Assembly: GCA_043228905.1 (NCBI GenBank)
Contig: JBHGNT010000004.1
Location: forward strand, 372,001-436,000
Source: Azolla caroliniana
Lineage: Eukaryota; Plantae; Polypodiophyta
DNA: 64,000 nucleotides
Direction of reading: 5' to 3'
The notes below the pieces were generated by a model, which saw only the letters and a list, made by a program, of their open reading frames with translations, searched no databases and was not told the DNA's origin. The first letter of the stretch is position 1. Each line of letters opens with the position of its first letter. Below are positions 40,487-50,701 of the stretch, piece after piece. Both the position numbers and the translations under genes were made by a program.

Positions 40487-43330
40487 GGTCCCTCCTTGTG
40501 GCAGGGTACACATTTGCACTAGGCCGAGGGGGGTTCGCATCGTCGTACTGTCTCTGCTCTCCACGGCTAGCTGGAACTGGTCGTACCCCGAGTACAGATC
40601 ACCGACCGAGTAAATCGACCTTCCGGCGAAGGCCTCTGCGAACTCGTCTATGGTCGGTCCGATTCCTGCGTTCCGAATGGTCACTCTGTTGACCGGCTGC
40701 AGGTCCTGAATGAAGCGCAATGTTCCGTTTTTCTTTGGTACGGTAAACCATCGGTTCGAGTATGGGGCACTCGACGGTTCGAGAATGCCCATATCGACTT
40801 TTTGCCTCAATAGCTCCATCAACTTCGGGATGTGGGCTCTCGGTACTGGAATCGGCTTGAGATTCCATGACACATGTGGTACCGTGAATATCACCATCGG
40901 CTCCACAATCGTCGGGTCTACGCACCCGATCTCTTCCGGCGAAAACGCGAAGGCTTTCCCGTGCCTTCCGAGCATTCTCCGAAACCGGCCTTCCTCCGCA
41001 GGCAGTAGGACCCGCCCCCACCGATCTTGAGCCCCCGGAGCGTCCCGTCGGTGAAGGTGTGTCCTATGCAGGCCGGATCTCGTAGACTGGGGTCCGATGC
41101 AACCCCTCTGATTCGGGACTCGCTGCCCTCCGGTAAGGGTGCCGCGACGGGCCTTACCTTCCGGTCCACAGTTTTGTACTTCGTGCTAACTCGGGCCGTC
41201 CGATCCGACCTGAGCCCCCGACTGAAGTTCGCGATGACTTTGTACATCTCTTCAGAACATACCGGTATCGTCCGGTCTTCATTAAGGTCTTCTCCGGCTA
41301 CCTCCCCTAGCATTCCCAAGGTGTCGTCGAATGAGACCGCCTCCACAGCTCCGCTGATTTCCTTGTCCGGGCCGAGAACTCCGCTCGCTCGAAGTCGCAC
41401 TTCCGCCCTTGTCTTTTCTCGGCCGACGATGCCGACTATCATGCACCCTCTGTTCGGGCAGGCCCCGTGCAGTTCCTCGGTGGCGCGCGTCGCCGCCCGT
41501 ATCTTCCACACGTGCTTGGTGTTGATCGGCCACTTTCCCTTCTTATAGAAGTCCATTGACATCAGGTTTATTTCCGAACCGTGGTCCACCAATGCCACCA
41601 CCGGCTCCTGAACATCTCCGATCTTCACCGGGGTCTCCGTGGTTGCTCGGGCCCAGTGAGGCCTTGAATAGTGGCTCTCCGCCCACTCATCTTCCAGCGC
41701 CATGTCGTCGATGTGCGTCGTCCGCACTTCCACCGGTCTTTCCGGTTCCGTCTCCGTTGACAACCTCTTCTGTTTCACCAGGTCTACAATGGAGTCGTGG
41801 AACTCCTTCTTGGCGATCCCTAACACCTCTCGCAATGACAGCTCCACTTTGCTGTCGAGGATCCGTTCTTCTAGGACCTTTCGTAGGTCCGTAGTCCTTT
41901 CTATCTCCGTCCCCAGTCGGTATCCGCCCTTCCTGGGGTTATCTCGCGAGCTGGACCTGCCGGCATCGTTCCGTCGTTGCCCGAATCGGGTCTCGTACCG
42001 TTGTGAGGGCCCGGCCGCTCCGGCTTTCCCCACTCGTTTGTCTTCTACCAGAGCTTCGTAGTTCCGGCAGGCGGCTTCTACGAAGCCCGTCTTCTCCTCG
42101 ACCGGATCGCTCCACCCGGTTATTTCCCGGACCCGTCTCTCAGCGCGGTCCGTTTCATCTTTCCTTAGCCGTGCGCCGGTAAGACCTTCCAGCATTGCCG
42201 ACCAGAATCCGTCTTTGCCCTCTGTTCGGGCCTCGCTGCCCCCGACCCGAATTCCGGCCGACGCCGAGTAGTGGATGGTCTCTACGTGTCGGGCCGCTGC
42301 CTCTTCCATCAGTCTCTTCATACCTCCTCGCCCGTCGTTTCGGTTCAGGGCCCTCCTGGTGTCGCCGGCGTGCACCCGGCCTTCCCACAGGTACACCACC
42401 CGGTTCCTCAACGCCTCTGCGAAATCGCCGCAGTCCTTCCGAATGTGGCCGACCTCGTCGCACCACATGCACCTGTTCCCCGCTGCCGGCCGTCGGTCAC
42501 GAGCCGGTTCGCCGCCTTCCCTTCGAGTCTGGGCGATCTGGAGATCCTTTATCGCCCGCGTCAACTCCTCTAGCGCTGCTCCTCCGGACGAGCCATTGAC
42601 CATGCCGGCCGAAGCCGGACCGGTTTCGAGCCATTCCCGGGTTTCTTCCCTTCGCACTTGCGGTGCCGGTTCAAGCCTCCTTGCTGTGACAAAGCCCGCA
42701 CCGGCCGCCCCGTTGTCAGCCCATTCTCGCCGTTTGTCGAAACGGCCACAGACTCTCTTAACCGCAACCCAGTCGGTTGTCAGCCCGTCTTCGGTTTCCA
42801 GCAAGGAGCCAACTTGATCTCTGTCCCGCTCGTCCACCGACTTGACGAACAATAGGACCCGGCTCGTATCCAGAACGGTTCAGTCAAGCGCCGAAAGGCG
42901 CGCAAAGCGTTCTTCGAACTCCCGGAGGAGTGACAACGCGTTTCTTCCCTTGCCAGGGGACTCCACCCATTCCATGAAGTCCCGTTTCGAAAGCCGGAGC
43001 GCGTCGTCCAACCCGTATTTTTCTAGGAGTCGGCCTTCGAACTCCTCCCAGGTACGGCTCTCCGCCCGCACCTCGAGCACCTCCGCATGGATGCTCAGCA
43101 TCGCCACTCGAGGAAACCCGGCAAGACGTCTCTCTTCCGGAATGTCCCGCATCAGCATTTCTGCCCCGTAGGACGCCAAATACTTCGTGGCATCCTTTCC
43201 GCTGAACCGGCCGATCGTACCGATGACCGCCTCAATGGCTCTGTCGAGGGCGCCGGTGCCCTCGCGTGCACTCAATATCCGATCCACGGCCGAAGCCATG
43301 GCCTCTGCAAGATCCGACCCCTTCATCTTC
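40487..43330 (-). pseudogene. gypsy gag-protease-RT 5' part with stop and frameshifts
   Basis: CMWCDEVGHIRKDC knuckle, ALVDHGSEIN protease, RT start PHVSWNLKPIPVPRA; TGA at 42880 and a frame change near 41000. Confidence 0.9.
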
Positions 43331-44003
43331 TGCTCTTCTGCCGCCTCCTTCACGTCGGGTTCACCAAGATGTCGAGGTTTTCCTCGCGGATGCGTGGAAT
43401 GAGGCGGGACCTTAGGGGTCCTGTACCGAAGAGCAATAGAGAAAGGAGAGGGAAAAGACCCACTACATGCAAGCGTAGCTCCACAGGGACACGGCCCTTC
43501 GACGCAAAGACGCGAGTGGGACAGCGACACAGAGAGACACGAATGTATGTATGTATTAACAAAGACAACAACAAGAACACGGAAGCAACAAAAACACGAA
43601 GTCGGTTACAACCGAACAGGCCGGCGAACAGATGCCGATGCCTGTTCGTCAACGCACAGAAAGACAGGAGCAGGTTGGAGGTGCTGCCGGAAGCACTCGG
43701 GCATTCCTCAGAGTAGCGCGAGCCTCCCGAAACATGCACAGAAGGAAGCTATGGAGTTTGCGAACCAGAGAGAGAGAGAGAAGCCTTCGCACGCAAACCG
43801 ACAGCACTTCGTCCTCGACTCTCTGCGATCCCCTCCCCCTTCTCGTCTCCCTCCTTTTTATAGGCAAGGAAGGAGCCGTTTCCCCTTTACTTCCTACCCA
43901 CTAAATCTACCTGCCTAGGATCTTCTATGGACAACATTCGAGAAGAGCCGGTTCGTACGCTCCTGTGCACCGATTCCGCTTGTGGACGGTTTTCTTCACG
44001 ACA

Positions 44004-44130
44004 GCGTATCGAGTTCATAATTTGTTTTTGCTTTTTAAACAGGAACTCGATACGGCGTATCGAGTTCCTGTTTAAAACCTACACTTTAAACACGAACTCG
44101 ATACGGCGTATCGAGTTCGTGTTTAAAACC
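44004..44130. repeat. palindromic hairpin array, right part (rest of unit 2, units 3 and 4)
   Basis: TTTAAACAGGAACTCGATACG-G-CGTATCGAGTTCCTGTTTAAA and TTTAAACACGAACTCGATACG-G-CGTATCGAGTTCGTGTTTAAA. Confidence 0.9.
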
Positions 44131-44137
44131 TAAACTT

Positions 44138-44722
44138 TAAAATCATGTCTTTTTTGTTAAGTTTTAAGTTATAAGTTATAGCGAAATAGTCATCAGTAGC
44201 TAATTAGCTGTACAAATGTATTTACAATAGTATGCCATGGAATTTGTAGCTACAAGTAGCACTTACCATGTTCTCTTGTAAAACAAACATGTATTTCGCG
44301 AAAACAGATCAATAAATTCGTTTGGAATCAATTTCTTGTATACAGTCTGCTTTCTGTGCTTCTTTCTCAATAAAATCATGTCTTTTTTGTTAAGTTTTAA
44401 GTTATAAGTTATAGCGAAATAGTCATCAGTAGCTAATTAGCTGTACAAATGCAGCTAATTAGCTGTACAAATGTATTTACAATAGTATGCCATGGAATTT
44501 GTAGCTACAAGTAGCACTTACCATGTTCTCTTGTAAAACAAACATGTATTTCGCGAAAACAGATCAATAAATTCGTTTGGAATCAATTTCTTGTATACAG
44601 TCTGCTTTCTGTGCTTCTTTCTCAATAAAATCATGTCTTTTTTGTTAAGTTTTAAGTTATAAGTTATAGCGAAATAGTCATCAGTAGCTAATTAGCTGTA
44701 CAAATGCAGCTAATTAGCTGTC
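44138..44722. repeat. ~235-255-bp tandem repeat, ~2.4 copies
   Basis: Unit starting TAAAATCATGTCTTTTTTG at ~44138, 44371 and 44626. Confidence 0.9.
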
Positions 44723-44851
44723 AATAGCTAAATAGTCATCAATAGAATGAAATCAACAATCTGCAACATATTCCTCAAATTACACAGTAGATAAGTACAG
44801 TGGGAACAAGTAATTAAATTCTTCATTGAATAATGTCATCTCTTTACATAT

Positions 44852-45906
44852 TTATAAATTACCATTGGAAATGTCTACAAATCTCCTATAAACAGCTAAG
44901 CTCTTGCTAGTCAGTGGAACGAGTCTACATATATTATCCGCATATTGAGCTCGGTATGGAGTCCACAACCATGCACCTAGTTGGCAGCTCACTGTTTGCA
45001 CCAGGTACTGTTCAGGCATTTCCTCGGGTAGAATGAGACAGCATCTCCGAATATTGAAGTAGTGTCGGAAATGTTCTGTATCCAAAATCAATGTATTGTC
45101 AGCATTATATTCAGGCCAAGTAGCCCAAAAATCAGAAAGCCTCTTGAATCTTGCAGCTTCCATCTGCTCACAATTTTCTCGTGCCCATTGACCTTTAAAA
45201 CGACTTCGCCATTTTGGGAAGAATCTTGCCAAACACTTCCACACATCTGATTTTGGTTTTTCACTCCAAATAAACAAATCGAAGTACTCCACAACCCACT
45301 CTAGAAACTGATTTGCGTCCCTCCTTGGCTACATATATCTCACACTCATCAAGACTTTATCCAGCTCCAAGATCAAGGCTCTTCGCTCGACTTCTAGTGG
45401 TTTAGGTTTCCATTCCTGAAACTAAGCCGCTGTTACACCATTTTCTGGTAGGATACGATCAATCTCAATCAGCTCAGGTTCGGCTGACACAACTGGTGTC
45501 CTTTTCCTCTTTAAACCCCTAGTCGACTGTGTTGGGCCTAGCTTCACATTCTGGTGCTCTTGTTTTGTCGACTTAGTTATCAATCCTTGGATTACCTCAG
45601 TGCATGTAGCTACTGTTCTGCTCGATATCAGTCCACTGGTATCACATGCTGCATCTACCTGCAACACCAAGTCATCCGTGCTACATGTTGCATCTACCTG
45701 CAACACCAAGTCATCCGTGCTACATGCTGCATCTACCTGCAACACCAAGTCATCCGTGCTACATGCTTGATCAACTTGTGTGACCAGATCACTTGTGTCA
45801 GTTGCTACATCTACTTTCAAGATGGGGCCCTTTAAACATGCCGCAACATCAACAGTATCCACACTGCCATTGGCCTTACGAGCAATAGAATCAAACCCTT
45901 TAGACT
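44852..45906 (-). pseudogene. 13-aa repeat region fused to an FCP1/NIF-like (HAD) phosphatase-homology domain; one stop and one frameshift
   Basis: RALILELDKVL...RRDANQFLEWVVEYFDLFIWS...WARENC...FKRLSDFWATWPEYNADNTLILDTE...N...CLIL follows the NIF pattern (LDLD.TL..RP...FL....F...IWS...W.R..C...K.L..VW...Y...NT..IDD). TAG at 45422-45424, frameshift near 45328. Confidence 0.65.
45640..45790 (-). repeat. 39-bp coding tandem repeat (TDDLVLQVDAACS)
   Basis: 3-4 units visible in ORF 45422-45985. Confidence 0.9.
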
Positions 45907-46155
45907 CTGCAACATCAGAAAACACCAACATATTCACACTCACAAAGTAACTACTAGTCTCACAAAACAATATCCTGAACATCAAAGAGTTTCAGTCATA
46001 GAACAACACTCTTCAAATTATCTTGGAAAAACATCATAGAGTTCCATTACATAATGTGGATCAAGCAACAACCAATCTGAGGTTTTACTTGTCCAACAGG
46101 ATAGTAAAACTTCATAAAACCCTAGCAAAATCCCTAAGCTAACGATCATATCCAA

Positions 46156-49100
46156 CTAAACAGTATTTCGCTCCACTACGTCTGGGCCCCTTGACCGAGT
46201 AACTGGTCTTGTTCCCGATCGTGGCCCCTTCTTCAGCCTTTTTCTGGTTGGTTCCCCATTTAGCCTTGCTTCTAGGACCCAATGCGCAAGTGTGTCCTCC
46301 TCCGACAACCTTCCCATCGCCTCAGCAGCTAATTGCACATCAGCCGTTTCTTGAACTAGCTTTTCAAGTACAGAGGGATCTGTTTGGACATTTTCAGTAG
46401 TTGGGCTCGGTGGGGTGGAATCAAGGTCTTGAGACTCGAAGAAATGTTGCATCAAGTGTTCATAAACACTGTTGTTGTGAACCTCAGTTTTACATGTTGT
46501 TTCCACTATTTCATGGCATTTCACATCGTTGCCTAATTCAGTACACTGTTCCAAAAGAATAGGGTGCAGCTGATCTGAAGGAGATGTGATAGCAGGACTC
46601 TTACTTTCAGCCACATTGGCAGTAGTATCCTCATCTGTTGCAGCATCATCAGCACCAGACACATCATGTGCCGTCCTTAATCCACAAGATTCTACAATAA
46701 CATGACAGTTATTTAGGATAGCTAATTAGCTACTTTACTAAACTATGGTAGAAGCTAGGATAGCTAATTAGCTAGTACGATAGCTAATTAGCTAGTATGA
46801 TAGCTAATTAGGTACTTTACTCAACTATGGTAGTAGTTAGGATATCTAATTAGGTACTTTACTCAACTATGGTAGTAGTTAGGATAGCTTATTAGCTACT
46901 AGGACAGCTAATTAGCTGCCAGTAGCTAATTAGCTACTAGGATAGCTAATTAGCTGCCAGTAGCTAATTAGCTACTAGGATAGCTTATTAGCTACTTTAC
47001 ACAACTATGGCAGTAGCTACTAGGATAGCTAATTCGCTAGGATAGCTAATTCGCTAGTAGGATAGCTAATTAGCTACTAGGATAGCTAATTAGTTGCCAG
47101 TAGCTAATTAGCTAGTAGGATAGCTAATTAGGTACTTTACTCAACTATGGTAGTAGCTAATTAGCTAGTAGGATAGCTAATTAGCTACTAGGATAGCTAA
47201 TTAGCTGCTAGTAGCTAATTAGCTACTAGGATAGCTTATTAGCTACTTTACACAACTATGGCAGTAGCTAATTAGTTACTAGGATAGCTAATTAGTTGCC
47301 AGTGGCTAATTAGCTAGTAGGATACCTAATTAGCTTTTTTACACAACTATAGTACTAGCTAATTAGCTAGTACCATAGCTAATTACCTACTAAGATAGCT
47401 AATTAGCTAGTAGGATAGCTTATTAGCTACTTTACACAACTATAGTAGTAGCTAGGATAGCTAATTAGCTACTTTACTAACTATGGTAGTAGCTAGGATA
47501 GCTAATTAGCTACTTTACTAACTATGGTGGTAGCTAGGATAGCTAATTAGCTACAATGAAAGCTAATTAGCTACTTTCTCAACTATGTAGTAGCTAGGAT
47601 AGCTTATTAGCTACTAGGACAGCTAATTAGCTGCCAGTAGCTAATTAGCTACTAGGATAGCTTATTAGCTACTTTACACAACTATGTCAGTAGCTAATTA
47701 GCTACTATGATAGCTAATTAGCTAGTAGGATAGCTAATTAGCTAGTAGGATAGCTAATTAGTTGCCAGTAGCTAATTAGCTAGTAGGATAGCTAATTAGC
47801 TTTTTTACACAACTATGGTACTAGCTAATTAGCTAGTACCATAGCTAACTAGCTACTAGGATAGCTTATTAGCTACTTTACACAACTATGTCAGTAGCTA
47901 ATTAGCTAGTAGGATAACTAATTAGCTAGTAGGATAGCTAATTAGCTAGTAGGATAGCTAATTAGTTGCCAGTAGCTAATTAGCTAGTAGGATAGCTAAT
48001 TAGCTTTTTTACACAACTATGGTACTAGCTAATTAGCTAGTACCATAGCTAACTAGCTACTAGGATAGCTTATTAGCTACTTTACACAACTATGGCAGTA
48101 GCTAATTAGTTACTAGGATAGCTAATTAGTTGCCAGTGGCTAATTAGCTAGTAGGATAGCTATTTAGCTTTTTTACACAACTATGGTACTAGCTAATTAG
48201 CTAGTACCATAGCTAATTAGCTACTAGGATAGCTAATTAGCTAGTAGCTCATTAGCTGCCAGTAGCTAATTAGCTAGTAGGATAGCTAATTAGAAAAGAC
48301 TAAGCTTATTAGCTACAGTATGGTATACCTGTTTGTTTTCTCCACTCATTTGGTAGAGTTGTACTGCAATCTCCCAAACAGAATGCAGCAATTCGACAGG
48401 CATGTTGAAAACAAAGCAGATGGTATGTGTGGTTGCATGGTTGTAGGTGAACCAACAAAGACGCAGTTTTGTCCTCCACACCTAACCCGCAAGCGATGCA
48501 ACGTGCTTGAACTGTCAATAAATCATTTTCTGGTTCTACTTCATTTGGTAAGGGAGCAAGAATGTTCAGGTCCAAATCCTGTCTGGTCCTTACCATTCCC
48601 TCCACAAAATGTAGCTTCTTCTTAAGGCAGCTAACTACCTGTTCTTGATGAATGTATTGTTCCTTCAACGCAACAGAGAAATTTACCGATTAATTATTCT
48701 TGTTGTTGAAAGATACACCAACTTTGCTCAGGAATCGTTAACTTACTTGAAGCTTATCCAAATTGTAATCTGCAACAGTATTTACACCTAGAAGGTCCAG
48801 GTTCATTGAAAGAACCTGGATCTCTATTTGCAGTTCTATTTTACGCTGGGGATCCAGTGGCCCCTCTAATTCAAGCTCCTGTTGCGCAACCTATTCCAGA
48901 TAATGCTTGATTAGCACATTTTACCCGTTATTTATAACACAATCACATACCAGCAAAACAATAGTTACCTGAATCTTAATTCTAATTGTTGTAACAACAG
49001 AAGTAACTTTGCTCTCCATTGCAGAAGCCATTGTGGCTTTCTCTAAATCAGTCTTAAAAAATGCCAATGTCCTACAGGCTTCATGGACATTTTTTAGCAT

Positions 49101-50235
49101 ATAGCTAACCAATGTCTCACCTGTATCATCGACATTGGCTTTCCTTGGGTGTCGGTGTGGTGTATGCCCCCGGTCTTGCTGGGAGTCGGCAGTTGCATCA
49201 ACAGCTGCCATGCTCCAAAATCTGTCTATTTTTTGTGCCAAGGTCCCCATCTTTCGGCATCTTTTTACCGATGCCTCACCATAGACTGCCCAAGCTACCC
49301 TATACATTTCAGGGTCTCTAGATTCCTTCGCTGTTTTGCAGTACTCATATGCAAATGCTCTAGCAAATGAAATTGACAACTCATTGTTGACTGGGATCTC
49401 CTGATGAACTTTCTGGTGCAGTCTCATGCAGTCATCGTACAAGTCGGCTCGTACATGCTTCAGCTTGACCTTGCCTTTGACTCTAGGCACTGTATATACT
49501 GTCATCCAGTCTATATCACTGATCAATTTATCACTTAGGACAGCAGGGTCAACACCCTCGAGTGACAGACCATAGGTGTTGTGGAAGTCCTCCTTTGTCT
49601 CGCAAAATTTTGCGAAGTTTAGCACTCTCGTATACGGAGGAACGAGCCATCTGAAATATCATTTCAGAAATCAGAAATAGTGCAAAATCAGAATATGTGA
49701 GAATCAAAAACCCCAATCAACAACAACAAAAATGGTGCAAAATCTTTAACTTAGCAAATCAGAAACCCTAATCATAATTTGTATTCAGAAATTTGAAATC
49801 AGAAACCCTAATCAAAATCTGTAATCAGAAGTTTGAAATCAGAAACCCTAATCAAAATCTGTAATCAGAAGTTTGTAACCAGAAACCTTATTCAGAAATT
49901 CTAATCAGAAATTTATAATCAAAAACCCTAATCAGAAATTTCAATCAGAAACCCTAATAAAAAATTTCAATCACAAACCCTAATCAGAAATCCTAAGCAG
50001 AAATTTATAAACAAAAACCCTATTCAGAAATTCTAATTTGTAATCAAAATTTGTAACCAGAAACCCTATTCAGAAATTCTAATCAGAAATTTATAATCAA
50101 AAACCCTAATCAGAAATTTCAATCACAAACCCTAATCAGAAATTTCAATCACAAACCCTAATCACTAAAGACAGGATTAAACACAAAAAAAGTAATATAA
50201 ACACACCTGTTGCTACTCCCCGATTTGCGAGACAT
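46156..50235 (-). CDS. spliced accessory gene, 574 aa: unknown N-terminal domain, coiled coil, RING-like zinc finger, acidic tail; exons 50207-50235, 48969-49650, 48747-48890, 48329-48662, 46156-46691
   Basis: Four GT-AG introns with matching phases (2,0,0,1) give a stop-free 1725-nt frame. RING-like CIAC...PCNHTYHLLC...C...C. It may splice further into 44852-45906, but I found no clean phase-1 donor. Confidence 0.75.
46715..48295. repeat. palindromic minisatellite built on TAGCTAATTAGCTA
   Basis: Dozens of copies of the 14-bp perfect palindrome with TAGGA / TTTACACAACTATGG linkers; fills intron 46692-48328. Confidence 0.95.
49755..50165. repeat. AATCAGAAACCCT-type degenerate minisatellite (telo-box rich) in an intron
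   Basis: Repeated AAACCCTAATCAGAAATT units inside intron 49651-50206. Confidence 0.85.
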
Positions 50236-50701
50236 CCTTGTATGGGACTCCAAGGACTTCGCCCTATTCGATTTTGGGGAAATATGAATCGGCACCAAAG
50301 TTCAGACAGTAGTCAAAAAGAAAAAACAAATGTTTGGGGTTTCTGTAACTGAAACATACCTGGACGATGATCGAGCGGGTTCTGTGTTGTAGCTCTCAAT
50401 CTGCAATGTCGATTTTTTGCTGTTGCGGGAGCTACGTCTGCGTTCGTGCTCTGAGTACTCCATCTGCGTTCAAAATCAGACTTAGGCTAAACAGGAAATT
50501 GATGACATTGAAGTCGACCTTAGATGATGGTGATATTCCCCAAGTTCCACTACGTCTGAAACAGAAGTTCAAATATTTGAGTTTTTTCATAAATTAGTTT
50601 TTCAAATATTTGATTTTCCCACAAGAAAGACTAGCTAAACAAATAGCTAATTAGCTATGGCCATTTTAGTAGCTAATTAGCTATAATAGTGTTTCCACTC
50701 G

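Larger units (their letters stand above)
31963..44003 (-). mobile_element. full-length but defective tRNA-Trp-primed Ty3/gypsy
   Basis: LTRs 31963-32590 and 43370-44003 (TGTCG...CGACA), 4-bp TSD GCGT (31959-31962, 44004-44007), PBS 43350-43366, PPT 32591-32602; domain order gag-PR-RT-RH-INT. Confidence 0.95.
27854..50701 (-). mobile_element. putative large Sola1-like DNA transposon (~10.8 kb net of the nested 12-kb LTR insert)
   Basis: Contains the transposase, accessory genes and shared TAGCTAATTAGCTA motifs. Candidate short TIR CAAGTGGAA (27854-27862) / TTCCACTCG (50693-50701) coincides with the switch to unrelated retroelement sequence on both sides. No convincing TSD. Confidence 0.55.

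Noticed and set aside
43350-43366. tRNA-Trp gene (also 24325-24341, 20932-20948)
   Set aside because: Only the 3'-terminal 17 nt including CCA, adjacent to an LTR: a primer-binding site
32876-43918. Many overlapping plus-strand and alternate-frame ORFs within the GC-rich gypsy
   Set aside because: Shadow ORFs of GC-rich gag-pol and LTR sequence
31897-44130. CRISPR-like appearance of palindromic repeats with short spacers
   Set aside because: Only four units, spacers short, AT-rich and related to each other, no cas genes, eukaryotic context
49755-50165. Interstitial telomere
   Set aside because: AAACCCT occurs as single units within a longer degenerate repeat in an intron, not as tandem TTTAGGG arrays
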